From Sarea resinae (taxonomy: Eukaryota): a stretch of 64,000 bases of DNA. Positions 50,386 to 62,467 of this stretch are shown piece by piece (position 1 is the stretch's first letter; each line of letters opens with the position of its first letter). The position numbers and the translations under genes were made by a program. The stretch spans positions 620,001-684,000 of the forward strand of contig JAPEUD010000003.1 of the NCBI GenBank assembly GCA_026026165.1. The letters run 5' to 3'. The notes under the pieces are model-generated. The model was not told the origin of the DNA. It did no database searches and saw only the letters and a program-made list of their open reading frames with translations.

Positions 50386-53300
50386 GTTCGACAGACCAGT
50401 TGGATCTTTCGGAAGTACGATATCACAATCGGCACAGACAAGAATAGATGAGGTTTGAGTAAGGTTAGGTAAGGAAGGTGAGGTAGGTAGGGCAAGGCAC
50501 TACTCAATGAGGTAGTCCGTTGGCGGTCTGAATGCTTGGCATTGGATCCAATATCCACGCACGGACATTCATCTACTGCGCAGTACTAAGATGGATGGGG
50601 TTGAGCAGTGACGATACGGCGACCAGATGCCATCACTTCCGCATTCAACATCACTAGGGGCTGAGGTATGCCGTAAGAGTTACGGGCGACTATAGGGACT
50701 TAGTGATGCATCCTACCGTGCTTTGTACTCCGATCCATGGATGTTATTGCCGTCCATAACACATCCTTGAGTCTGGAGCTCTTCCTTTCAGGGCTGTGCT
50801 TTGCTCTGTGCCTGGGTCATTCCATTTTCAGTAGTGGGCCAGAATGCTCCCGGTTGACTTGTCTTCTAGAATCGAAACCCCTCGCATAGTCGTCCCAGGA
50901 ACCCGAAATCGTTCACACATCTCCGTCAGACGGGCTTAGAATATGCTGATCATCGAATGTAGATCTGTTCTGTTTCGATCATCTGCAAGCCACATCATCT
51001 CTGAGACCTCAAATAAAAAACCCATGCCAATTGGTGACACTGGACGAGCAGATCTGACTACCTTAGGTTCGCATCGTCTTAGAAGAGGGTTACGAACAGC
51101 TGTGCAAACCGGGCACGGTCAATGCAGGCTGTACTTATGCTGAAGAGATCTAGGAGATTCACCATCTTCAATGATTGAACTGATTTTCTCTCATGCCGCT
51201 CTGTGGAGATTTCAGGCTCTTACGGAGCCTTGAGACAGCTGAAGTTGCTGGGCCAAATCAGCAGACTAATCAGCTCTGCGGGAACGTTTGATATATTCTC
51301 ATACTTGCTGCTTGAATGTTGATGCAGACCACCGGCGGCAGTCCTCATCGGCGGATCCCGCTATCAATCTTCAGGAGAACCACTGCACAAAACATGATAG
51401 AGGCGAATATCAGTGTCAAACGGAGATGCATGTGGATCCCCACTGGCTAAATTCGCAGCATCAAGAGATCGCTGCCTTGGAAGGTGCCTGTGGTCCCCGA
51501 ATATCGCCCACGTTGATTTCAAGCTCCGAGAGGTGGCACAACGTGACCTGTCGCAGTGGCTCACGGCTTTCGGGCCTCTACATCCGCCCTAATCATTATC
51601 ACTTCCAAGAGCAATGTTTAGTACCCATACCAGAGGACCTCCGAAGGGACCACACCGAGATTTGCTGCTCTCCCAAAAGGCTGAAACCAAGACAGCGCTC
51701 ATGTCTTTGAGATACCGATCAAAAAGTGGATTTCGGACATTGCCTTTATTGTCGATCAGGAACCAAGCGATGCAGCATAATTTTCGAAGCTCCCTCCCGT
51801 TCTAACATTTCGAATTGCCTGATTATGGTCTGTCTACTTTGGGCTGGTCTGACCTACTGACCGATTTTGGGATCAAGCTGGAAGAGAGGACAACCTGCTA
51901 TCGTTGTTCGCTCTTCAGAATAGTCGAGAAAGGTGTCGAGGCCTGCCATCGACTAACCTTGCAGGGGCGAGATACTCGATCTACTAACACATAGTAGGAC
52001 CCATCAATCATGATAGGAGCTCATGTTCAATCCTGGGAATACGAATAGAACGCCGCCTCTCCCAACCAGACCGGGGTGGATATTCAACGAGAGCTGTCAG
52101 ACGTGCGCCACCGCAATGGGCTGGATATGTCCCAGACGAGCGAGGCCAAGGAATAGCCCAGAGGCGACTGTCCGGGAAGAAATGTTTAATTCGCCGACGA
52201 AGCTTGGCTATCGTCCGTAACCTACGTTCGGAATTCTCCTAGACTCGACGCATAATGATCTCGTAGCTCCATGCATTTGCATATTTTGATTCCCTGAACA
52301 TGGATCTGGTATCATGACCTGGTCCGACAGCACACGCGTCTGGATCACCAGTCAACACTGTGATGGCATGCGATGCGATAGCGCTGGGTCCAAAGAAGAT
52401 GGTCGTTAAGGTTGCAGATACCTCTAAACGTTAAAACCGTTCTAATTCATCCATGAGACATGGGTCGCGGCTGGGCTGAGTCGTAGTGCCAGGTGGAAAT
52501 AGTTGCGATGCGGACCATCGGAATCCCGACGCCGAAGCCACTGGCGACACCACCGGTCAACGCCTTTCGCTTCCTTGCTGCCGCCCATGGGGGACTCTGT
52601 GATTTCTTGCAGCGCCGAACGGCCATGGCGTGGTATGCGGCGACCGCAGGTCAACCTGCACACTTCCCCTCATTTGTTATTACCCTGCCTTGCCTGAAGT
52701 CCTTGTCATCATAGGATCACAGCGACACGGCGTCCTTCCTTGCGAGCGACCCTTTTACTGTGGCGGGGTTGGTTCGATGCCCGACTCTACGGTACTATGG
52801 CCACGTCTGCCAGAGCGGCTCTGGACAGACCTACACGATCATTCTCTCACCCTGACTCCCACATATGCCTGCAAAGTGGAGGTGGTGAGTATCTTCGTCG
52901 AGGCTCTGTAGGGACGGGAAGAGGGAGCACATTTGTCACCCAGGGTCGGTCAGGTAAGGTAGGTAGGTCGGTAGGTAAGCTGCAATCAGGCGATCTTGTC
53001 CACATGGCAGAAGACTCAAAGCGAGCGCTGCTAAATTAGCATCGCTGGGCGGCGGGCACATTTCCACGCTGGGCTGGGGGGGCGGTCCCACTTCCCCAGC
53101 TTTTGGCTCCATCCGCTAGGACAGCGCTGTGAGGACTCCAGCTCCGTCCTCCGTACGAATGCAGAGAGGAGGCTATTCTCTTTTCTCTTTTATCCATGTT
53201 CGGTCGCGACCGAAGGTCACCCAGGGGACCCCAAGGGGACGCGGGATTGGGTACTGCGCGGTAGGTCTAGATCTCGCTTGAGGCCATACTCATAGTACGG

Positions 53301-54260
53301 GGAGCATCGAGGGACAGTGCATGACCCCATCCCACCCCATCCCACCGCGTTCCACCGTCCCTTTCCCCCGGACCTCTCCAGCGCCGCCAGTGATCGAACC
53401 TGGACCACGACGTCTCCGATCATACGAGTCTTGACTCGTCTACGTAGTATTTCCTCCTTTCCTCTCCTCTTTTTCCTTCCTCTCCCTTTCCCCCAGCGCC
53501 AGCTGATGGACCCGACCGCCTACCTACCTTACCTTACCCAAGATTAATGACTTGAAGCCATCGAAGCCACTAAGCCATGCTATCCCGCTATCCAATCCTC
53601 CTAGACTCCCTTACCCCGGAAGTAGATGATCCCGCCCAAGCACGACGACTCGTACTCGACCTGCAAGTGAGCAGACTACCGGCCAATGATGACGGCCTTC
53701 CCAGACTCTTCTCCAAGTTCGACGTTTCTAGTCTCGGATGAATTGACAATGCCTGCTGTTGACCCATGAAACCCGGCAGGCATCTACGGAACTGGGTTAC
53801 GCCCCATCCCTGTTGCCTGATCTTTTGCCTTCTCGAGTGGCTTGCGATCCATGTCAGTTCCAGATCGGTATGGGAGGGCAGAGCGGCTTCGTGGTTTGAT
53901 GAGGGCACGGCCGTTCGTTTTCCCCAGACGCCTCCAATGCGGCACTCAGGACGCCATCAGAAGCGTCATCTTTGTGCGGCAACCGGCGGCTTGACTGGGA
54001 CGGAGAACTCGCTCAGGTCTTGCCGTGTGTTGCTTTGCAACCCAACTGCCTGATCTTGTTCCGTGATGTGGCTTGTCTTGCCATTCCGCCGAGACAGTCT
54101 TTAAAATGAGGGGGGCCTGCTCTTGACCGTGCTCTGCCGTGTCGTTGCTCGATTCCAATTCACAGAACATCTTATAGATTACTACACTCGGAGACTTGAT
54201 AGCCAACTCAGCTGTCAAGCAGCTTTCCTCTGTTTTCGTCCAAAAAAAGGTCCTGCGAGA

Positions 54261-55471
54261 ATGGCAAACACTCGAGGGCCTCCGAACGGTATTCCGTTGG
54301 AGAAGGATTACTCTCGCGATGGTCGCTTAGTCCAAGACGCGCAGGCAGGTCCAGGCCTCAAAGTGCCAGAACACCTGGGTGTAGATATGCCCAGCGATAC
54401 GGCCCTTCACCGTATCAAGACGGCGGGGAGCATCTCGATTTCTCCCGAGCTCTTCGAGAAGATCTATCTTACCCCCCATGCTCCCGTGAAGGGTGATCTG
54501 CGGAAGACGTTTGGAAACCCCACTCCACTGTAAGTCAACCGTTGTCTGTCTCTGGATAGAGTGCTAATCATGCCAAGGGCATTACTGGGCTTCCTCTTAT
54601 GTCTTACTCCATTGGGCTGCGACCTCATGGAATGGCGAGGAGCCGGCGGTAGTGGTGCGGCATCAATGTGTGTAGCGAGCCTCTTTCGTTGCTTCGACCT
54701 CCACTGACGATTCTTGCAGTGGAGCATACTATTTTATGGGTGGCGTTCTGATGATCATCGGTGGCTTGTTGGAGTTCTTCCTTGGGAACACGTTTCCCTT
54801 TGTTGTTTTTGGGTCATTCGGTAAGCTCCTCACCTTCTCGAGCCATGAGAGCCAGTCTGATGCGTTGCTCGTCCACAGGCGGCTTCTGGCTGGCGTTTGG
54901 TGCCACCCTTCAACCTTACTACTATGCTTACGGCCTTTACTCTCCCGACCCTACAAATGAAGCTGCCGGTCTTACAGATCCTCACTTCCAGGCTAGCTTT
55001 GGTAGGTTGATGTTGATGTGGATTGGCTCGAAGAAGTAGGCCGGCTAATGCGGGATGTTTGCAGGTTTCTTCATGCTATTCATGGGCCTTCTTGTCTTTG
55101 TCTACTTCATTTGCTCACTGCGAACGAATATCTGCTTCGTCATCATCTTTGCCGGTCTCACCTTTGCTTTCGGCTTCTTGACCGGATCATATTGGCAAGG
55201 GGCATTGGGCAATGCGAAGCTCGCTCTCAGGTTGCAAAAGGTTGGTACCACATTCCTTATCCCGGGAGGGAGAACAGAGCTGACGTGATGGTGTTAGGGC
55301 GCCGGTGGATCCTGTTTTGTTACGAGCATGGCCGGCTGGTACATCTTCTTTGCTCAGATGCTAGTGGCCCTCGACTTTCCCTATCAGATACCCATTGGCA
55401 ATTTAAGCCAAGTCGTCCCCAGCCACACGGAGAGGATACGCGCGAAGGCTCGGGGAGACTATGATGTGTAA
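54261..55471 (+). CDS. GPR1/FUN34/YaaH (SatP/Ato) family acetate/ammonia transporter (6 exons)
   Basis: FEKIYL..DLRKTFGNPTPL|ALLGF, LLEFFLGNTF..FGSF|GGFW and CSLRTN, with several transmembrane helices; TAA at 55471. Confidence 0.9.
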
Positions 55472-56319
55472 GCAGCAGCGAAACTCTGCTCGGTGCGAAT
55501 ATACCAACAATCAAAATGTGTTTCGGAAGCGGTCTTGTTACGGGGAGTGGGGTATTTTAACGGCACGGATAGAATGCTTGCCGAAGGCGTGGGCGGGGAA
55601 AATGGGACTATCCTCAAAAGGGGATCTGGTGATCTCCATGTACGAAAGATATATATAATCATGGTCCAGCATTGAAGGATTCAATCTCCGTGCGTCTGCT
55701 GTGCAGTGCAAGTGAATGGGTGCATCTATCAATATTTTATCAACATCATGGTCGGGCAAAGCAGCCGGAGATAAGCGCTTCCCAAGGCGGCGTTGCCCTG
55801 CTCCGGAGTCCGGAGTTCACAAGCGCGCTTCCAGAAGCTTCCGCTACCACGCCGCACACTAAACTGCCTCGATCGGCGGGATCAGGGTCACTGCGGATAT
55901 GACTGCCACCCGGGCCTCTGGCGGTTTGTCATCGACAATGAATGGGAATGGTGAATCTCTCAACACACCAACACACTCGATTCTCTCAGTAATATAAGAA
56001 ATTCCGTGCTTCTAGAGCGCAATCCTCAATCAGTCAATTAATGCCTCTGCTCTGTAACATTGCGCATTCTCAACCGTCGTGACACCAGCTAGCCTGCCCC
56101 GCATCGCATCGCATCGCACCGCACCGCACCGCAAACATCTCATCTTTCAACCCAAATTCAAACCGCTCGCTCTCGTATTCAGAGTAGACAGTTGCCCGCC
56201 CGCTCTGGCGAAGCGGCTCCACCGATCTCCAATTGCTTGATCTCATCCTAGCTCGACAGAAAGCAGCTTCAACCGCACGCACGCACGACATCCGTTCCGT
56301 CCTGGTTGATTCATGCGAC

Positions 56320-57412
56320 ATGGCCGCCAGCCAGGCAATCGCGCTCAAGGAGCAAGGAAATAAGTCTGGGCGCCTCTACCCTTTGTATCTGCGCATCTAT
56401 ACCAAAATGGTGCCCTGCGCACGCAGTAATGGGAACCACATTTGCTTATTCATGTGCGTGTTTGAGACAGACGTTTCCAAGCCGGCGACTACAAGGGCGC
56501 CGAGGAACTGTATACGAAAGCGTGAGCGCCGCCGTCCTTGTCCCTATTTCCTTTTGTTCGTTTAACTTGTCATCCGACTGAAGCCCCAAAAACGGCAGCA
56601 TCTCGAAAGACCCCAGCAACGCCTTCCTCTTCACCAACCGGGCCTTTAGCCGGCTGAAGATGCAGCACTGGGACGGCGTGCTCAACGACTCGCTGAAGTC
56701 GATCGAGCTGCTCCCCGCCAATATGAAGGGCTACTACTACCTGGCCCAGGCGCAACTGGCGCTGAACCACCCGAACGAGGCGCTCAACTCGGCCCTGACG
56801 GCCTACGACGAGGCGCTGAAGAACAAGAGCTCGTCGGCGCAGAACATCTCGAGCCTGGTGCTCAGCGCCAAAAAGGCCAAGTGGGAACGGCGCGAGAATG
56901 AACGCATGCGGCGCGCCAACGAGCTCCTCGCCGAACTGGAGCGCGCCCTGCAGCGGGAAAAAGAAACGCTGCTGGCCGAGGCGCGCGAACACCGCATGGA
57001 CTTCCTCGACACCAACAACAATGACAACAACGACGGCGCCGCAGCGAGCCGCTCGCTGCCCGGCCCAACCCACACCTACGCCGACGAGCTCGCCGACATC
57101 GAAGCCGAATACGCCCAAAAAACCACCGATCTCCACGCCACCTTCGCGGCCGCCGACCCGGCCCACTGCGCCCGCCGCGCCGTCCCGGACTACCTGATCG
57201 ACTCCATCTCGTTCGCCATCATGCACGACCCGGTCGTCACGCGCACGGGCCACTCGTACGAGCGCAGTACCATCCTCGAACACCTGCGGCGCAGCCCCAC
57301 GGACCCGCTGACGAGAGAGCCGCTGCGCCCGGAGGACCTGCGACCGAATCTCGCGCTGAGGGCCGCGGCCGAGGAGTTTTTGGAGGCGAATGGCTGGGCC
57401 GTGGATTGGTAG
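56320..57412 (+). CDS. CHIP/STUB1-like TPR + U-box E3 ubiquitin ligase (3 exons)
   Basis: Spliced TPR LKEQGNK|RFQAGDYKGAEELYTKA|ISKDPSNAFLFTNRA and U-box VPDYLIDSISFAIMHDPVVTRTGHSYER..DPLTREPL. Introns ~56364-56470 and 56522-56598. Confidence 0.92.
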
Positions 57413-58162
57413 GGTGGGTGTTTGGTAGAAGGGCTGGTTGGTTGTTCGGTAGAAAGGATTGTGTTTCGTTGACATGAGCGAGCGGAGAGGGAGAGGGGAG
57501 GGGAGGGGAGGGGAGGGGGAGGTTTATGGGCGATTTAGCATTTCATCCGGCGTTCGACACGTTCCACACGTTCCACATGAGCGAGTCCTTTTCTTTTCTT
57601 TTGTTCTCGTCCCATTATCTCTTCCATATTCCATCCCGTTCGCATCCCGCCCCCACCCCCACCACACACACACACACACACACATGCGCGAGCGGCATCG
57701 GTGTTTAGCCTGGCGTCTGTTTTTTTGGATATCCGATCAAAGATAGATAGAGCCTTTCGTATCTATCTATGTATTTACGTATGGATAGGGATGTATGTAT
57801 GGATGTATGTATGGATGTATGGATGCATCCACCTCGAAGCTTTACTCGTCGAGGCCGGAAAGGAATAAATACTACATATACTGATTCTCGGTCTCGGTGT
57901 GAAATGAGTCGAATCGAGCCACTTTCTTTTGCGTAGGGTAGTATCATTACAGTCCCCCACCCCGCCCCGCCCCGCGCCCCTTAGGACGCAGCTTATTCTC
58001 CTCCTCTCTTCCCCTGTCCTGTCCTGTCCTCTCGTGGCCTTACCAACCCTCCCCTCTCCTCCCCTCCTCTGCCAACCCTTCACTCACCAACACTCACCCA
58101 CACCCCTCTACACACACAACCGCAAAAACAGCCAAGCCAAGGCAAAAGAGAAGCAGAAACCC

Positions 58163-60350
58163 TCACCACAAGAACCGCTGCACCTCGCCCGGCGACTGGG
58201 CCCACGTGAACGGTCGGTGGAGGAACATGTACGCGGTCCAGGCGTCGATGGAGAGGTGCCAGAGTGTTTCTGCTAGAAGGATGAGGGAGAGATGGGTGGA
58301 TGAGGATAAGGAGGGGGAAGAATGGGAGGGGGAGGAGGAGGATTGTTTGGAGGGAGGGCCAGATGCGGATGACGAAGAAGGGGTAGAAGACGGAGACGGA
58401 GACGGAGACGAAGACGGGAGGTGGAGACGCCATAGCATCCACGGCAGGATGAAATACCGCGGTTCGACCAGCGGGGCCGTGATCAGGGACAGCGTCGTCG
58501 CCGCGAGATAGATGATCGTGAATGATGTCGTGTTGGACCCCACGTTCCTCCCGTCTTCCTCTCCCTCTCCCGCTCCCGCTTCCGCTCCCGCTCCCTCGGT
58601 GTGGTTTCCCTTTTCCCCTTTCCCGTCTTTCTTGCCGATGCGTTCTCTCGCTACGCCTTTTCCGTTCCCGCTGCCAGCACTACCGCCCGCACTACCGCCC
58701 AACGCAACGAGAACACCCCACGCGCAAACGAAATACACGGGCGCGGCCGCATATCTGAGCACGGGCCAGCGTCGCAGGATGCGGAAGACGTAGAAGACGT
58801 AGTGGCGGTTATCGGCCAGCGTAAAGGGGTGGATGATGGTGTTGAGCGCGATGGTTGGAAGCGCGAGGGCCACGAAGAGGAGGAATGTTGATGGTCTTGG
58901 CCGAGGAGGGGTGGGGAGGGAAAGGTGGTGGGCTAAAGTTGACGGGATGAGGGATTGGGGGATGAGAGTGAGGAAAAACGGTAAGAGCAGAGGCAGCGAG
59001 AAGAAGGTCATATAGGGGAAGAGATAGAGGAGTTGTGGGAGGTGGAGCGTTGCGATGTGGTTGGATTTGTCGCCTGACTTTCTGTTATTATCAGTCCGGT
59101 GAAAGGACGGGCAAACTTGCCTAAGACGACACCACCGTTCCAGAGAACAAAGCCGGCGAATAGGTCCAGGAGCGCAAAGTACGGGATCAGGGCGATGAGG
59201 ACAGGTCTGAAGTTTGCGGCGGCAGCAGCCGCGAGTGAAAGGGACGTTTTGACGTAGTCTGCATGCTCCCGCTTAGCGCGACATCCTCTCTCATTGATCC
59301 ATTATAGTCGACAATCAAACGCACCTTCGATCCCAGCCTCGCTGGCTCCTCGGTCCCAGATCTCGGATCTCTCCCAGCTTCTCACGACGACATCCCGTAG
59401 GCTTGCATCACTTGCCCCTTGCCACCGTTCGCCACACCGCTTTACGGTCCGCACGACTTCAAGGCCACCGAGAAAGATGGCAACCCAGAAGATGTTGGTC
59501 TGGCGAAAGAGCAAGGCCTGGATGCCGGACCAGATGAGCCACACTTGCGGAGCGATGGCCGACCATGATTTCCGGAGAGATGCGATGGACAGAGGCTGCT
59601 CTTCCTCGTCCTCGTCCTCGTCCTCGTCAGATGATAGCGGGGGTGGGGGGATCCGAAGGTGGCAGCTGTACGTGCGCAGGACAAAGTATGCTGAGAGGAC
59701 GTCTGTGTAGAAGAGCGCGGAGAAGAAGAAAAGGGCTGGGAAGAGGCAGATATTTAGGATAGAGTGAAAGTCGTAGAGGGAGAGAGATGGCTCGGTGTCT
59801 TCCTCCTTTTCTTCCGGGCTAGAGTCCCTTCCCGTTTTCTGGCGCTGACGTTGCTTCTTGAGTAATCGGAACAGTGTGCGTAGTTCAATGGGGAGTAGAC
59901 CAGAGATGACAGCTACGTTGAGGACACGGAGAGACTTGACTTCGCATTGACCGCCGTAAAAGGTCACCAGAAGGCCGGCCACATAGCTAAAACACCGGAG
60001 AAATTAACATTTCATTTCCCGCTCAAGCTCAGACGTCACGTGGGCTAATTGCATACAGGCCAGGGGGAGTCGTGATCTTTGGGTCCCAAACATCCCATCG
60101 TTGATCACAGTACGCTTGGGCCTGGCGAACATGAAAGACTTCGTCCTATACCCAGAGTATCAGTATTTTTCATCCTGAATAGCTTCATGAGGAGACGCGT
60201 GCTCGATCTAGGGCGCCGACTGACCAGGTATGGAATTGGCTGGACGTCGTTGACACGAAAGAGCCAGTATCCAGACGACACAAACAGAAAGGAATGGACG
60301 ATGACAGAGAGCCAAGACTGACGACTGTCATCTACCGATTTGGTCGCCAT
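58163..60350 (-). CDS. ALG10: Alpha-1,2-glucosyltransferase Alg10/Die2 (multi-exon)
   Basis: [68 protein letters not shown] and C-terminal QRFLW. Confidence 0.95.
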
Positions 60351-60525
60351 TCTGCAAGACTCGCTGAAGGAGAAGGCCTCCAATATATCTCAAATTCCCC
60401 ATGGACGTTCTGCGTCCCTTCAATTACGCACCACGCTCTTGGGAGTTCTAGAAGCCATGCATGGACGATCTCATAGGGTAACCCCCATAGCCCCGTGCTA
60501 GTCCCGGCACTCCGGAGTACGGCCG

Positions 60526-60622
60526 AACGCGCGCTAGAGTGCACTACGCGGAAACCTCCAAAGACGCGACGGGACGACTTGCTTTGATCGAGAAAACGGC
60601 TTCATGCGCAGATGAATCGCGT
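60526..60622. promoter_or_regulatory. Cluster of MCB-like (ACGCG) elements in ALG10/PSF2 divergent promoter
   Basis: ACGCGC at 60527, ACGCGG at 60546, ACGCGA at 60564 and TCGCGT at 60617, directly upstream of a DNA replication gene. Confidence 0.5.
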
Positions 60623-60627
60623 GGACC

Positions 60628-61596
60628 ATGGCGCTTCCACTCCCTCCTGGCTTGACCCCCGCCGAGGTGGCCTTCCTCTGCGAGATGGAGACGGTGACCA
60701 TCATCCCGCGTCAGCGATTGGAAGGACTAGACCTGCTCGGAGTGAGTGAACCCCACCTCAATCGCCGATGCGCCCCGCGTATCTCTCTATCTACCTACCT
60801 GTCTCGATCTAGAAAGTCCTCTTCACATATGTATTGACGGGCCTCACTCCTTCTACACAACAAATTGTGCACCTCGCAAAGGCAAAGCGACTAAACGAAT
60901 TACTATCCACAGGGCTCGACCTCACCTCTCCAACCTCCGCGCCGCGCTCCCCTCCCCCTCTGGCTCGCCCTCCTCCTCAAACGTCAACGTCGCGCCAACA
61001 TCCTGCCACCGCCCTGGCTGCACCCGTCCTCGCTCGAAACGGTCCTCCGTCTCGAGACCGAAGTAACGGGCGACGCCTTCTCGCCGCCGCCCCCCTTGCC
61101 GCCCTTGAAGGACGACACGACGGACGCAGTCAGCGCCCCGTTCCTTGCCTCATCGACAGTAGATGCCCCGCCGGATGCGCTGCCGTACCATTGGATGGAG
61201 ATGGGCGAGATGCTGCTCGAGAGCGCGGCCGACGACCTGGTCGACGCGGATGCGGTGAGGCGGCTCATGCGCGATTTGAGGGAGGTTAGGATGGCGAAGA
61301 TGAGGAAGGGCGTCGCGGTCTTGGATGGCGGAGGGGTGGTCGGATTGAAGGGAGTGGGTGGCATGGAGGTGGCCGAGGGCAGGGCGTTTATTGGGGGTGT
61401 GGTGGATGGGCTGAGGTAAGTTCGAGACTATTAGTGCGGGTAACGATGGTCAGCAGCTTCGACTGACAGTGTGTGCGCGTGGATTAGGAAAATTGGAGCT
61501 TCAAGAGAGCAGGCAAGACGAGAGAGAGAGGCCGAGGAGAGAGAAAATGGATATGGGAGGGCGGGTGATGATGATGATGACGATATGGAACTGTAG
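60628..61596 (+). CDS. PSF2: GINS complex subunit Psf2 (3 exons)
   Basis: [47 protein letters not shown] and DLREVRMAK. Introns 60742-60912 and ~61416-61487; TAG at 61596. Confidence 0.95.
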
Positions 61597-62467
61597 ATGT
61601 TTGATTTGGCGGCATATACCCTGGAGGAGGAGTTTAGTTTTTACAAGAAACGTGTCAGTAATGGTTGGTTCGTTGTTGATATACTAATGTTTATTGGCTG
61701 GAGTTTGTTCTATACAACTATATACCCTCCTCTCTTCTTTTCGCTCTCCAAGACCCAGACTTCGTAGTTGAATTCAAACAAATAGATGAAACAGATACAA
61801 AGCAAAGAAGTTCCGGGTATCTCTATCACTCTCATCCCTTTCGACCAATCTATCCAATTTTCCCATCCGTAGAGGGCAACGAAAAATTAGTACAGAGTTC
61901 CCCCGTCCGCCATCAATCGTCAAGGATACAAAGGCAAAAGAAGAAACTCCACTGTGATGCCAAACCCCAACGCGTTCAAATGCCAAGATCAAAGGAGAAA
62001 AGGAGTGAGCGATGAGAACAAAAAATTACAAGGTTCGATTCAGACATCGGGATATTCGGACACCTTATCCCCGCTGCCGCAGTCGATACAGGTTTTCAGG
62101 TAGGAATAAAGGCGCCGCCAAAATGCAGGTGGTAATGATGGAGGAAACAAAGAGAAGACGAATGGGTTCCCACATATAAGGGGTCGATTACGTATAGCAG
62201 GTGCTGTGTTTGAGATCCGAGTGGCCGGGTAGTGCCCAGTCATTCTGGTCGGACGGATGTGACGTGAGAGCATGAAGTGATCATGAAGCCCGTGAGAATG
62301 ATGAATGCTATGATCCAGCTTGGCGATATTCGCGTCGACGCTGTCGAATTTCCCAGACGTAACCACGGCGTATATGACAATTCGTGGGAAGATGGCGGGC
62401 TACCCGGCGTGATGATGCTCGAAGATGGCCCGCTTATTGCCAATGGGCTGATCTTTCTTCTCCTCCG

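Noticed and set aside
52760..52790. GGTTCGATGCC B-box-like hairpin
   Set aside because: No cloverleaf or upstream A-box.
50600..54100. Several 60-140 aa ORFs between GDI1 and the transporter
   Set aside because: No recognisable motifs or exon chain; treated as intergenic, though a decayed gene cannot be excluded.
1121..57412. Possible proteostasis cluster (Mdj1, RING, Lon, CHIP)
   Set aside because: The genes are tens of kb apart and interspersed with unrelated housekeeping genes, so co-occurrence is likely chance.
56570..57475. 301-aa antisense ORF over CHIP
   Set aside because: Shadow ORF caused by high GC3 on the sense strand.
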